Shown here piece by piece: positions 16,458 to 28,289 of a stretch of DNA of 61,131 nt (positions within the stretch are counted from its first letter, which is position 1; each line of letters starts with the position of its first letter). Below the pieces are notes generated by a model. The model saw nothing but the letters and a program-made list of their open reading frames with translations, made no database searches and was not told where the DNA came from. The position numbers and the translations under genes were made by a program. Source of the stretch: a virus (taxonomy: Duplodnaviria > Caudoviricetes); IMG/VR virus record IMGVR_UViG_3300050343_000196, positions 1 through 61,131 of that record; one strand, 5' to 3'.

Positions 16458-18191
16458 CGATTGGAAGAAAGGTGTAGACTACCCCTCCTGGGGCGATACG
16501 GACGTGTATAAGAAGACTATAGCTGGTGGTTATCTATTACAAGGTGAATCACCTAAAGACGCTTACAGGAGAGTTTCTAACGCGGTCGCTAGAAGATTGT
16601 ATAAACCTGAACTTGCAGATAAGTTTTTTGATTATATATGGAAAGGGTGGCTTTGTTTAGCTTCACCTGTATTATCAAATACTGGAACTGATAGAGGTTT
16701 ACCTATAAGTTGTTTTGGTATCGATGTTGCTGATAGCATTATGGATATAGGTAATAAGAATCTTGAAATGATGTTGCTTGCAAAACACGGTGGTGGTGTA
16801 GGTCTTGGTGTAAATATGATTAGACCAGCTGGTGCTACTATAGCGGGGAATGGCACTTCAGATGGTGTTGTACCATTCTGTAAGATATATGATTCAACTA
16901 TACTTGCTACAAATCAAGGATCAGTTAGAAGAGGTGCTGCATCTGTTAATATAAACATTGATCACCCAGACTTTTTAGATTGGTTAGAAATTAGAGAACC
17001 TAAAGGTGATGTTAATAGACAATCATTAAATTTACATCAATGCGCAATTATCGGTGATAAGTTTATGAGAAGACTTGAAGAGGGACAGCCTGATGCTAGA
17101 GCTAAATGGAGTAAGTTGTTACAGAAAAGAAAAGCTACAGGTGAACCTTATATAATGTTTAAAGGTAATACTAATAAAGCAAATCCTAAAGCATATAAAG
17201 CTAATAGTTTAAAAGTTCATATGACTAATATATGTTCTGAGATTACACTACACACAGATGAGTCACATTCTTTTGTTTGTTGTTTATCTTCTGTTAATTT
17301 AGCTAAGTATGATGAATGGAAAAATAGTGATCTTATATATGATGCTACTTGGTTTTTAGATGGAGTGTTATCTGAATTTATACAAAGAGCTAAAAATATG
17401 AAAGGCTTTGATAATGCTGTTAGATCTGCTGAAAAAGGTAGAGCATTAGGATTAGGTGTGCTTGGATGGCATACACTATTACAACAAAAAGGTATTGCTT
17501 TTGAAGGATTGCTTGCGCAGTTTAAAACAAGAGAAATATTTTCCCAGTTAAAATTAGAAACTGAGAGGGCTAGTAGAGACTTAGCCGATATTTATGGTGA
17601 ACCATTATGGTGTGTAGGTACAGGAATGAGAAACACACACTTAAGAGCGGTGGCACCAACAGTATCAAATAGTAAATTGTCTGGTAATGTATCACCAGGA
17701 ATTGAACCTTGGGCTGCTAATGTATTTACAGAGCAATCTGCTAAAGGAACGTTTATAAGAAAAATAAAGAACTTGAAAAAGTATTTAAAAAATTAAATAT
17801 AAACACCCAAAAGACTTGGGATAAAGTTCTTAAAGATAAAGGATCTATACAAGGAATAAAAGAATTAGATGGTTACTATTACGATACTACTGGCAAGCTT
17901 ACTCAGGAAAAAAGTGGCGAGCCGGTTAAAAATGTTTTCAAAACGTTTAAGGAAATAAATCAACTAGAATTAGTTAATCAGGCAGGTATAAGACAAACTT
18001 ATGTCGATCAATCTGTAAGTTTAAATCTTGCGTTTCCATCACAGGCTGAACCTAGATGGATTAATAAAGTTCATATGGAAGCTTGGAAGCGAGGAATTAA
18101 AACTTTATATTATATGAGAACTGAAAGTGTTCTTAGAGGCGATATTGCAGCGGAGGCAATGAATCCAGATTGCTTAAGTTGCGATGGTTAG
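16447..18191 (+). CDS. nrdA: Ribonucleotide reductase class I alpha subunit (frameshift near 17760-17795)
   Basis: SPVLSN, PISCF, GGGVG, TNICSEI, VCCLSS, APTVS; continues in another frame through DQSVSLNL, KTLYYMR to CLSCDG*. Confidence 0.92.
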
Positions 18192-18378
18192 TTTTGTTTT
18201 GTTTATTAATATGAAGGGAATCTAAATTCTGGTTCCCTTTGTATTTTATAGTGTTCCAAGGCCAAGTCTTGTCTAACTTATTTACAACTGTAGATTTTAT
18301 ACTGTAACAAGACGTAAACACCATAAGCACTAAAACAATTACAATCTTTTTATATAATGCTATACGTTGCTCTTCCAT
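18133..18378 (-). CDS. Putative lipoprotein next to the endolysin (spanin candidate; 3' end uncertain)
   Basis: KKIVIVLVLMVFTSC lipobox-like. Confidence 0.5.
   Translation of the reverse strand: MEEQRIALYKKIVIVLVLMVFTSCYSIKSTVVNKLDKTWPWNTIKYKGNQNLDSLHINKQNKTNHRNLSNLDSLPPLQYRL
18213..18240. terminator. Hairpin at the convergence of the two transcription arms
   Basis: GAAGGGAATC/GGTTCCCTTT stem, T-rich downstream on +. Confidence 0.55.
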
Positions 18379-18811
18379 TAATCCTTGTAGCTTTTAAGCA
18401 TCTATTTCTATTCTGCTCTTCAGATACATAACTTATATGTACCCAATCCGGGTTATCATCTGTACCAAACTCCCAAATCATTTGATCAAAGTTTAAATTT
18501 TCTTTAATATATTCATACATCTCAGCATTGGTTTTATGACCAAATGTATCATCTATATCTATAGCCCTACCATCACAGTGTTGTGATCTAGAACTTCCAC
18601 CTATAGCTTTATTCAAATCTATTGATCTATAAAAAGAATTAATTTTTATTGGTCCACCAACCCATTCACGTAAAGGTTCAAATATATTATTTGCAACACC
18701 AGCCATATTTCCTAAATGATATTCTCCTGGAGAATTATCAATGTTCAATCTCATAGCTGTGTTTGATTTAACACCTTCCTTATATGATATATGCTTACTT
18801 ATCCTTTCCAT
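18350..18811 (-). CDS. Peptidase M15 family endolysin
   Basis: INSFYRS..LNKAIGGSSRSQHCDGRAID..FDQMIWE..WVHISY. Confidence 0.9.
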   Translation of the reverse strand: MERISKHISYKEGVKSNTAMRLNIDNSPGEYHLGNMAGVANNIFEPLREWVGGPIKINSFYRSIDLNKAIGGSSRSQHCDGRAIDIDDTFGHKTNAEMYEYIKENLNFDQMIWEFGTDDNPDWVHISYVSEEQNRNRCLKATRINGRATYSII

Positions 18812-18812
18812 A

Positions 18813-19088
18813 CTACTTTCTTCTTTTAGTGTTTGATACTCTTCTAGGTTTACCAGCTGGTTGGCCTAACCTTTTCTTCTCTCTTATTTTTTTAGCTTTT
18901 TCAGATGAACTCATTTCAGATGCAGTCTTTACTGTTTTACTGGATACACGTTTACTAGGCCTACAATAAGGCGTACCTCTTTTTTCACCCTTTGTTCTAC
19001 CGCAAGGTTTACCTGTACGCACATCAACCCACTTTTCTTTAAACCAGCGTTTAAGATTAGCTCCTGATTTTGTTTTTCTTACAGCCAT
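18813..19088 (-). CDS. Conserved small basic phage protein
   Basis: LKRWFKEKWVDV..KPCGR..PYCRPSKRVS. Confidence 0.75.
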   Translation of the reverse strand: MAVRKTKSGANLKRWFKEKWVDVRTGKPCGRTKGEKRGTPYCRPSKRVSSKTVKTASEMSSSEKAKKIREKKRLGQPAGKPRRVSNTKRRK

Positions 19089-19219
19089 TACTTTTTTGAT
19101 TTGTTGCCCCAGTTGGCAGCACCAACCTTACGGCATTTTGCTATTGCTCCACTTGCATAAGCAGATGGGAATACTCTATATTTTGCTTTTACTTTTTTAT
19201 AACACGCGTCTTTTGGCAT
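19088..19219 (-). CDS. Small basic protein (43 aa)
   Basis: Manually read MPKDACYKKVKAKYRVFPSAYASGAIAKCRK. Confidence 0.7.
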   Translation of the reverse strand: MPKDACYKKVKAKYRVFPSAYASGAIAKCRKVGAANWGNKSKK

Positions 19220-19221
19220 AA

Positions 19222-22200
19222 TTATTTTAGTTTATATCTTTTAGTTCTTATCTTTTAATTCAATATCTTTTAATTCAATATCTTTTAACCCAAATGTATT
19301 AGGTTTTGTTTTATCATTAGGCCCTCAACCTAAGCTCCATTCATTCCAACCTAATGATAATGCAACAGCTTGCCATAATTCAGTTTCATCTTCCATAGCC
19401 ATTCTTAAATTGTTTATTTTATATAGCTCTATCAGCTGGTAAGTTACCTAAAGCAGATAATACTTCAGCCCCAGCAAGTACAGCTGGATTTTTGTATCAA
19501 CACCTAATTCTTTCATTTTTTCTAGTTCTTGTTTATATGTAAACTTTCTACCCGCACTTCTTTTTTCTAAATTTAGAGTTAATAGGCGGTGATAATGATG
19601 ATAGTTTGTATTACGGCTTGTGTAAAATCTTTTTCTTTTTATTTTCATCAATTATTTAAATATTGTATTTTTAGTAGTTGCTGCAATTGCACCAAATACC
19701 CCTGACCTCTTAATATAGAATCAGCCATACCATTTACAAGATTAGAATATCTTTCTTTTTCTTCTTCCTCTTCTTCTTCATCAAACGCTAAAGCAAATAA
19801 ATCCTTGTTGCATTGCATAGAATAAAGCATTTTGCACTGCTCCATAATACATTATTTTACTTACATTAGTTTTCCAATCACCTACCGTTTGATAAATCCA
19901 ATATAGCTTTTTTCATTAATCTATTATATTGCATTGGTGTATTTTGAAATGCTAATATAATTCTTCCTAAAAAACTAGCTTGCTCCATAGAAACTTTATC
20001 AGGTCTTGAAGATTGTTGTGCTTCTTCTGATAGCTCTCTCCATTCTTTAAAAGCTTTTGTTTCTGCTTCTTTTTGAGTAAACCCTTTTTCTTTATAAGAG
20101 TTTAATCTATTTCTATAAAAACTCGCACCACCAATTGATATTGCAAAACTATCTGCCATTTGTGTAGGTAAAAACCTTTTTTAAGTATAGCTGAAATTGC
20201 GGCCTAACTTTATTTGTTGACCCTTCTGCTGCATTAGCAATTTCATCCGCGTTTATATCTGTTCTAAGACCACTTCTTCTTTGCTTTAAGTAATCAGAGT
20301 TAAACAAAAATGTAAAGTCATTCCAAATTGTTTTTGATTAGCGAATGCTTCCGCTTGTTTTAATGGATTATTATCCGTCCAGTTGGTATAGTTAATAGCA
20401 GATATAGTTTGTAGTATTGCTGATCTTGTATTAAAGAACATTATAGTACCTACAGAATCATTTAACCAATCTAAAAAATTATTTGTTACTTTATCAGGAC
20501 CAGTGGGTCTATTTCTACCACTTCTTATTCTAGTTAATATATTTTCAAGAGCGTCAATATAATTTTGACCCATTGCGGCTCTTAATTTGTTTAAATTATC
20601 ACCTTGTAATTTTCCTCCTTTACCAAATTTTCCAAATGCTTGTTCAACATTTTCAAAAAATGGGGCTAAGTATTCTTTCCTAGTGGTGTTATTAACATGC
20701 TCTAGTATATCTGTTAACATACCACCTGCTAACCAATCATTATCTTTCCTGGCTCTGGATATATTTTTTCTTGAAATATATTATCAAGTTTTTCCATAAG
20801 CTGCATAGAATCAAAATCTTGTCTTACAGAATCACTTAAAATTTTTGCTTCTTTTTTATTTAATCCTGGTATATCATATCCCCTTTTTTAACCACATACG
20901 AACTCTTAAGGCTTGTTCTTTTGTATAACCAGGAACTGATGATTCTGCACTTAAATCTATGCCAGATGCTTTTATTGATTTTTTAACTGTTGTCCAGTTT
21001 TGTAAAGCTTTTTGCTTAGCACCATCAAAAGCCATTAAGCCTTCTGATAAGGGAGTATAAAACTTTTCTTTAAACCACGATGCATTTGTATCCCCAACTG
21101 TACCTTTACCATATAATGGGTACATTAAACCCTCAAAATCCTCCGCTGAGTATGGAACAAACGGTCTAAATTTATCTTTCTTTTTTTCCTCTTTGTTTTG
21201 AAGCAATAAATGATGGAACATCTTCCATTGCTATACCTTTTGTTTCTTCAAGTATACTCGCAAATTCAGTTTTTGCTGTTTTAATTGATTTAGATGCAAA
21301 AGCATTTTTTGTCGCCAGCTATCCATTCAAGATTATCTAAATTAATTTCATTTTTTATAATATCATATCTTGCTGTCCAACTGTCTTTATTAATATCCCA
21401 CCCTTTAGGCATACCTATTTTTGTAACAAGGTTGTTTATTTTAAACGCATCAGCTTCAGTAAATGCTACTTGTTTGTAATTTTTTTTAACAAGATTAAAT
21501 GTATCACTAAAATTTATATCAGAATTAAATGCAGCCTCTATTAAAATTTCAGCAGCATACCCCACAGGAACAGCATGTTCATATTCTAATATTTCATTAC
21601 CAGCTTTTTTATCATAAGCCACAACCTCAGCCCAAAGTGCATGAGGGTGCTCTCTTCTATCTTGGCTAACATAAACTAAGTTTTCTAATGTTTTTCTATA
21701 CTGAGGAAATTTTTGTGCTGCCTCTTTAAATGAAAACCAAAAGTCGGTTCCTATTTTTTCGGTTTTTGCATTATATTTAGCTAATCTTTGAGGGTCTTTT
21801 TTTAATCTTTTTAATATTCCAGATAAATTTTGCTTACCAGTGACAGGGTCCTTCATGTGTACCCCTACTTTTGTTTTTCCATAAATAGAATTTTTACCCG
21901 TACTTAATACCTTTTTTTAATTTTCCTAAAAATTTATTTACAGCGCTATCTTCAATTTGCCTACCTGCTGGTTTTACTACATTATAGCCTAATAACCCTG
22001 GAGCAAAAACTCCTGAGTCAATAATTTCTTTAAGTTCGTTAAAGTATTGTTTTGCGTCGTCTACAGTTTCTATAGTAATTTTTTTACTAGCTAATGCTGA
22101 AGATTTACCGTCTGCTAATACAATAGCAACTTTAGGTTCAACTAATTTTCTAACCTCACTGTTAGTCATCAGCTCTACCTATTTCTGTTATTAACCCACC

Positions 22201-25200
22201 TACTCTTCTATTAAAAGTTTCTCCTCTTTCACCTGGTTTTCTAGTAAATACTTCTTCCCATTTTTTTTCATCAAATGGTAATTTGGTTTGGACCGGTAAA
22301 GCGGCCGCTGTACCTTTTTTCATATCAGGTCTTGTGCCTTTTTCATAAAAGTTTTTAAGAATTCCTGACACTATACCTGTCGAAGTTTTTAAACCCGTGG
22401 CGCCATATGATTGTTTCATAGCCCCCTCAGGTAGTAAAGCATGCAATGCCCTTGCATTTTGTTTTTTTGTAATAAATCCAGGAGATGAAGTAAATATTTT
22501 CTTAGTTATATCAGGAGCAACATCTTTTAATGTTTTATAGTTTAATAAATCTATTTCATTGTTTTCTACAAACTCTTTAACTTTTGTTTCATATTGTTGT
22601 TTTAACTCGGGCTTACCTACTGTAAATCTTCCTAAAGGATTAATTTGCTTTCCTCTTTTTTCCGGTGTAGTTGTTTCAACCGGTGCAGATTCATCTGCTA
22701 TTTGTACTGTTGATCTTTCAGCGGCTTCACTTTCATCAACGTTAACTTCTTTTTTTGTTCTTTCCCCTTCTTCAAATAAAGCTTTTTTAGCATCTAATTT
22801 AGCAAACCTTGTGTCCGACATTATTCTTTCAACAAAACCTTGCATTCCAATTAAAGAGCCATCAGCTCTTTTAGATTCAGGATTAAACTTCAATACTCTT
22901 TCTATAGTACCATCAATTACCTTTTCTGATTCAATCTTAGAAACTGATCTATTCTTTATATAATTACTAATAGGACCAGTATATATAGACTCAAATATTT
23001 TTCTACCGCCAGGTGAACGAGTAAACGCATCATATTCTGCTTTGGTTTTAATATCTTTTGGTACAAGGCCATCTATTTCTTCAAACAAAGCTTTAGACCC
23101 TTGTGCGTCACCTGTTACAGTTTCTAGTTTGTTTCTTTGTTTTAGTGCTTTATATATTTTGGGTGATAATGAACCTTCCTTAATACTAGAAGAGTACTCT
23201 CTCATAAAATTGTACACATCTCTACCTGTTTCAAATTTTATATTTGAAAACCCTAAAGGTTTTAATACATAATCTACAATAAAATTACCTATGGTATTAA
23301 ATATACTGTCGTTGTATTGAATTTCACCTTTAGCAACAGCATCAGAAAATTGAGATAAATATTCTTTATTAAAAGCTAAACTACCATCTTTCACTTTATA
23401 ATTCTTAACTATTCTTTCTGTAATAAGAGTATCGCTTTTTGAGGAAATAGTTTTTCTAAACTTTGTTACTAAGTCAGCAGTTTCATCACCAAAGTATTGT
23501 TCTAGTATACCATGCAAAACTTCATGACCCCCTACATTTACCATTTGCTCTTTAGCAGCGGCTATTTGGTCTATATGTATTACCCCATCTGAATAAAAAC
23601 CTATATCCGCGTCAATGCCTGCTGCTTCTGCGGCTTTAGCAAAATCATTAGAATTGTTATAAGTTACTGTTTTTAAGTCTAATATATCACTGCCTTCAAA
23701 GCTTTTAGCAAACGCAATTGTGGACAAAACATTTTGAGACGTTAAGTTGTCTATTATTTGTTTATTTTTACCTTCTAGCTCAATTGTTGCTTTTGATTTT
23801 CTACCTGTTGAACTATAATTAGTAGCTATTTCCTTGAGTTCAGATCTAATTTCAGCTAATTCTATTTTTGCAGCTTCAGTATCATTACCTTCTAAAGCTT
23901 TTTTCTGTTTTTCAAGCTCAACCATTCTATTAATATCAGCTTCATCAGTTACTCTTGTGTTTTTTAAATTAGCTTTTATATTTATACTTTCAAATCTATC
24001 ATCAATTTGTTTTTGTAAATTAGGGTCGTTTGTAACATCAAATGATACTCCAGCTATATCAACATCTTCCCCTTTTAATTGATTTAAAATATCAGCTTTA
24101 GTAGCTTTTTTACCTTTTATTTTATATGTAGGTTGATTTATCATACCTATTGCGACATTTACAGGAGCTGTTGCTGTTCCTGCTATTGCTTCAAAACCAA
24201 TTTCAGCTACATCCATTTCTTGATTAGCTGCTAGTCTACCTGCTACCTCACCTGTCCCACCACCTACTGCTTCTACACCAACACCCGCTGCCACAGCGGC
24301 TAATGGTCTTCCTGCTCTACGCAGTGTTCCCGCAGCTCTACCAGCTAATCCACCTGATAAACTTTCAATTGCGCCAATTGCTAATCCTCTTCCTACGGCT
24401 CTTCTTTTTACTAAGTTATATTTTTCTTCATCTGCTAAAAATTCTTTAACATTATCTAGCGAAAAGTCTTTACCCTCTTTCTTTAATTCCTCTTGCAGTA
24501 ATTCACCAAATGTTAAGCCAGCTTCCATTGCACCACCTAAGCCACCAAAAAAACCTGCAGCCCCTCCAGCAAAAGCACCTAAAGGCGCCCCCGCACCAAA
24601 TGTAGCACCCCCCGCAATAGCACCACCAGCCAATGCTCCGGTACCAGCCGACGCTATAGCGCTTCCAGCTACTTCAGGTGCATCGAAAAACGAACCAGCT
24701 AATGTAGCCATAGAACTTGTAAATACTTGCGGTATAATAGTAGGATTGTTAATTACACCTTTTATGAATCCCCATACACCTTTACCTTCTTCTTCATATA
24801 TTCTTGAAAAGTCACGCATTTCGTCTGACATACCAGCACCCATTGCTTTTCTATTTGCTTCAATAGCTTTTAATATAGTTTCATCATCTGCGTCTACACC
24901 TTGATTAAATAAATCTAAGTTTTCACCCACAGCTTGTGCTGCCGCAAATCCTTGTTCTGCAGATCTATATATATCGCCAAAAAAGTCTGTGATAATATTT
25001 TTACCTAAAGCTCTTTCAATAAATGTATCATCTTCTTGTGATTCCAACGAAGTGCTTCCCAAGCTGGATCCCATATTGAGTGCTGTTCCTGGCTCCGCAA
25101 ACGCACTCTGATTTACGGGTGATGTCTTTGCTTGTATACTAGGGATTTTTTTCTAACAATTCTTCAAAAGTATAACCTTTTGTATTTGCTATAGATTGTA
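19222..25200 (-). CDS. Very large internal virion/ejection-type protein, multiply frameshifted; contains HExxH
   Basis: Collinear fragments 22162..25074, 21894..22169, 21290..21856, 20874..21221, 20286..20720, 19878..20159 and others; Gly/Ala-rich helices; GGHEVLHGIL; start not resolvable. Confidence 0.7.
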
Positions 25201-25202
25201 AA

Positions 25203-26960
25203 CTATCTTTTGTGTATTTTACCAGAAAACTTAATCCACTTATAAATTTCAAAATCTTTAGTAGTTAATTCTTGCACTGGTTTACCTAAAGCAGCAGCGG
25301 CAGCTTTTGCATTACCCCCTTTATATTCAAAATTACGTCTTTGGGTAGAGCTGGTTGACGCCGATGTTTTATTCATAGCTATATTGAACATGGCATCAGC
25401 CGTCATATTTTTGTCTCTATTGCTTTCTAAGTCTGCATTAAAATCGTTTCTTGACTTAAAAGTTGTAGTTGATATTCCAAGATCAAAATATGCTTTATAA
25501 ATATTTTTTTCAGTCATTCTTAAATTTTCTTCTTTAAGATAATTTTCAACTTTAACTGGTGGCCAGGTCATTGCAAATTTAGACTCTGGATGTATTTTAT
25601 TTTGTATATCTTTTAATTCCTTTTTATTCGCTTGTATGCCGCTTAATCCTTCAAATGTTTTTGGATAATCTGAATCATTTATAGCAACCTCTGGTATTGT
25701 TGTTGTATTTTGGGTAGAGCTTGATTCTTTAGGCTGATTATATGAATTATTAAATAAAGATATTGATTCTCCTTTCACAGACTGGGAACCTGGTGCTTGA
25801 CTTAATATAATTTCACCAACTTGTTTAAAGCCGTTTGTCGTATTTAAGTCTATAGTTTTAAGTGCTGGCACTCCAAATCCTTCTTTATCTTCTGTTGTTA
25901 TAGAAAGTTTTCCATTAGAAAAAGTAGCATCCACTATTTGTTGACCAGCAAATTTAGCGTTTTTACTCATTAAAAAACTAAAGTTACCAGAGGCCATTGC
26001 ATCTTGTATTATAAACTTTGCATCTTTAGCCATAAGCTCTGCTGTAGATGGTTGAATTATTGGGGGTGTTTTTGCTATAAATGTTAATTTTGCTTTATCT
26101 AATCCTAGTTTATAAATTTCTTCTTGCATCTTTACAAGATCAAATTCACCATTTGTTTTAAATCTATTTTCATTTGAATCTAAATATAGTTCACTAGGGT
26201 CAACACCCATAGTTGCTAAAGCTTCCGCTGCATCCCTAGTATTACTTGCTGACATAGCTAAAGTCCTAGACCCCGACTCTACTTTTTTCATATCATCGGT
26301 TGCCATCCCTAAAGCGGCAAACTGACTAGAATATTTTTCAGCCGTAGCATTATTTTCTGGTAAATATAATTGTTTAAGTCTATTAGTATCTACGTTAGAA
26401 TCTTTTAAACCTTCAATAATATACTTATCTCCTTGAATTTTATAATTACCACTAGATAAAGCTTTGCCAATTATATAATCATCCCCTTTCATGTTTATTG
26501 CTTGGCTAAAAGCACCCTTAGCATATTGCCCTGTAACTCCCGCTATAATCTTTTGATCACTACTGTATTTTGAAACTTGTTTATTAAACTTGTCTACCGC
26601 GTCTTTGTACTTAGCCGCTTTTTCATACTGGCTTAATGATTCGTCTTTAGCAATATCATTTAATGTGTTTTTTGTTGTTTGAGCTAACCCTGTAACAATA
26701 GGTTCATAATCTCCTAATAAACCAGAAGTATCAGCCATCATGTTCATTTGATCAATGGCTAACCTTTGGTCGTCTTTTAATTGATTTTCTCTTTCTTTTT
26801 TTTCATTAGCAACACCCATTAAATAACCTTGTAAAGGTTTTAGACCTTGCTCTAGCCCTATTGATAATGCGTTAGATTCAAGCTCTTGTGCTTTTGCTAA
26901 TTCTTGGTTTGTTTGTAGTAAACCGGAATACATTGATCCTCCTGTTGTTTTTGTTGCCAT
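25203..26960 (-). CDS. Putative internal virion protein
   Basis: 585-aa helical ORF in the structural arm. Confidence 0.65.
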   Translation of the reverse strand: MATKTTGGSMYSGLLQTNQELAKAQELESNALSIGLEQGLKPLQGYLMGVANEKKERENQLKDDQRLAIDQMNMMADTSGLLGDYEPIVTGLAQTTKNTLNDIAKDESLSQYEKAAKYKDAVDKFNKQVSKYSSDQKIIAGVTGQYAKGAFSQAINMKGDDYIIGKALSSGNYKIQGDKYIIEGLKDSNVDTNRLKQLYLPENNATAEKYSSQFAALGMATDDMKKVESGSRTLAMSASNTRDAAEALATMGVDPSELYLDSNENRFKTNGEFDLVKMQEEIYKLGLDKAKLTFIAKTPPIIQPSTAELMAKDAKFIIQDAMASGNFSFLMSKNAKFAGQQIVDATFSNGKLSITTEDKEGFGVPALKTIDLNTTNGFKQVGEIILSQAPGSQSVKGESISLFNNSYNQPKESSSTQNTTTIPEVAINDSDYPKTFEGLSGIQANKKELKDIQNKIHPESKFAMTWPPVKVENYLKEENLRMTEKNIYKAYFDLGISTTTFKSRNDFNADLESNRDKNMTADAMFNIAMNKTSASTSSTQRRNFEYKGGNAKAAAAALGKPVQELTTKDFEIYKWIKFSGKIHKR

Positions 26961-26962
26961 AA

Positions 26963-27919
26963 TTATCCTCCTATTTTAGGTAACTTCATATCAGTAAAAT
27001 ATGAAAATTGATTACGTGGTGCGGGATTATCTACTCCTGAAAAGTTTTGTTTATTAAATGCTGTTTGCATAAAACTATCATAAGCTAAAGTTGGTGCCTG
27101 AGCTGCTCCCGCGGCCGCCGTATTAGCTAGTAAGCTACTACTATAATCAGGAGCAAAAGTACCTAATGAAGCTGTATCACCACCAGCAGCACTTCCGTTA
27201 CCTATTTTACTTCCAAATGCTGAAAATGCTGCTCCAGCGGCAGAACCAATACCGCCTATTAAATCAGCTTTTGCTTGTGCTCTTGCTCTTGTGGCTGCTG
27301 CTAAATCTTGATTAGCCATTCCAAGTAAAGCAGATTGTTTACCCATTTCTAATTGTTGTCTTTGAGACTCACCAGCGGCTTGTAATTGCTGCGCTTTCAT
27401 TGCTCCTGATGCTTGCAACTCCTGTTGCTTCATTGCTCCTTGTGCAGATAATCTTTCATTCATTGCTTCTTGTTTTGCAATATCAGCGCTTATACCTTGT
27501 AATCCTTTTGCTTGCTGTTGTGATAATGCTTGTGCAATTGCAGCTGCGCCAGAACCACCTGCCCCTGATCTAAAAGAATCTAAAGCTGAAGCTAATCCTT
27601 GTTGTTGTTGCTGAGCTTGAAAATCAGCAGCTTCTGTTGAAACTCTTAAATCTTCAAATTTTCCATGTTTTCAAATTCATTTCTAACGTTTTCATAAGGA
27701 TTTGTAAATTCAGTAGCTTCAAATGCAGCTCATTTGTTGGTCCCTTCTACCTTGTGCGGCTTTTCGCTCTCTTCTTCTTCTTTTTCTTCCGCCAAACAAA
27801 CTACCTATACCTTTTGCAATACCAGGAATTGCAGATGCTATACCCGCTATAGCCATTGCTGGCAGTGGGCCCTTTGTAACTGTATCTGCTACTTCTATTA
27901 TTGTTGTTAGTTCTTCCAT
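26963..27919 (-). CDS. Putative internal virion protein (Ala/Gln-rich), frameshifted
   Basis: Fragments 27719..27919 and 26963..27463 with a coding-like linker. Confidence 0.65.
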
Positions 27920-27921
27920 GA

Positions 27922-28254
27922 TTAATTACTGCTTATAAATATTTCTGAGTTAACTGCGAATAGTTCCGCATGATCTTTTGAATTGTTTTTAAATTTACTT
28001 CAGCATAATACCCGATTATGCCTGATGTATTCTTACTATTATCTTTTCCAAAAAATATATAACTTGCATTGGGCTAACCCTGATAAATTACCAGTTAGCA
28101 TTCACAAACTATATAATTATCAGCAATAGTTTGTACGGGCCCTATTTTTTTTACCACTTTCAGGACTAGTTGATTTATCTAAATAATAAATTATATCATC
28201 TACTTGCAGTGAAGCGTTTTTTGTAAATGTTGTTTGCAGTGTTATTAAACTCAT
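27922..28254 (-). CDS. Small structural protein, frameshifted
   Basis: MSLITLQ..NASLQVDDIIYY ... GIIGYYAEV..AELFAVNSEIFISSN*. Confidence 0.6.
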
Positions 28255-28289
28255 ATTTTTATTATTACATGTTATTTTATGGACAGTTA

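Noticed and set aside
17755-17800. Programmed frameshift or intron in nrdA (and breaks in portal, adaptor and fibre genes)
   Set aside because: Breaks mostly sit in or near homopolymer runs and occur across many essential genes with no inserted sequence. Long-read indel error is the simplest explanation.
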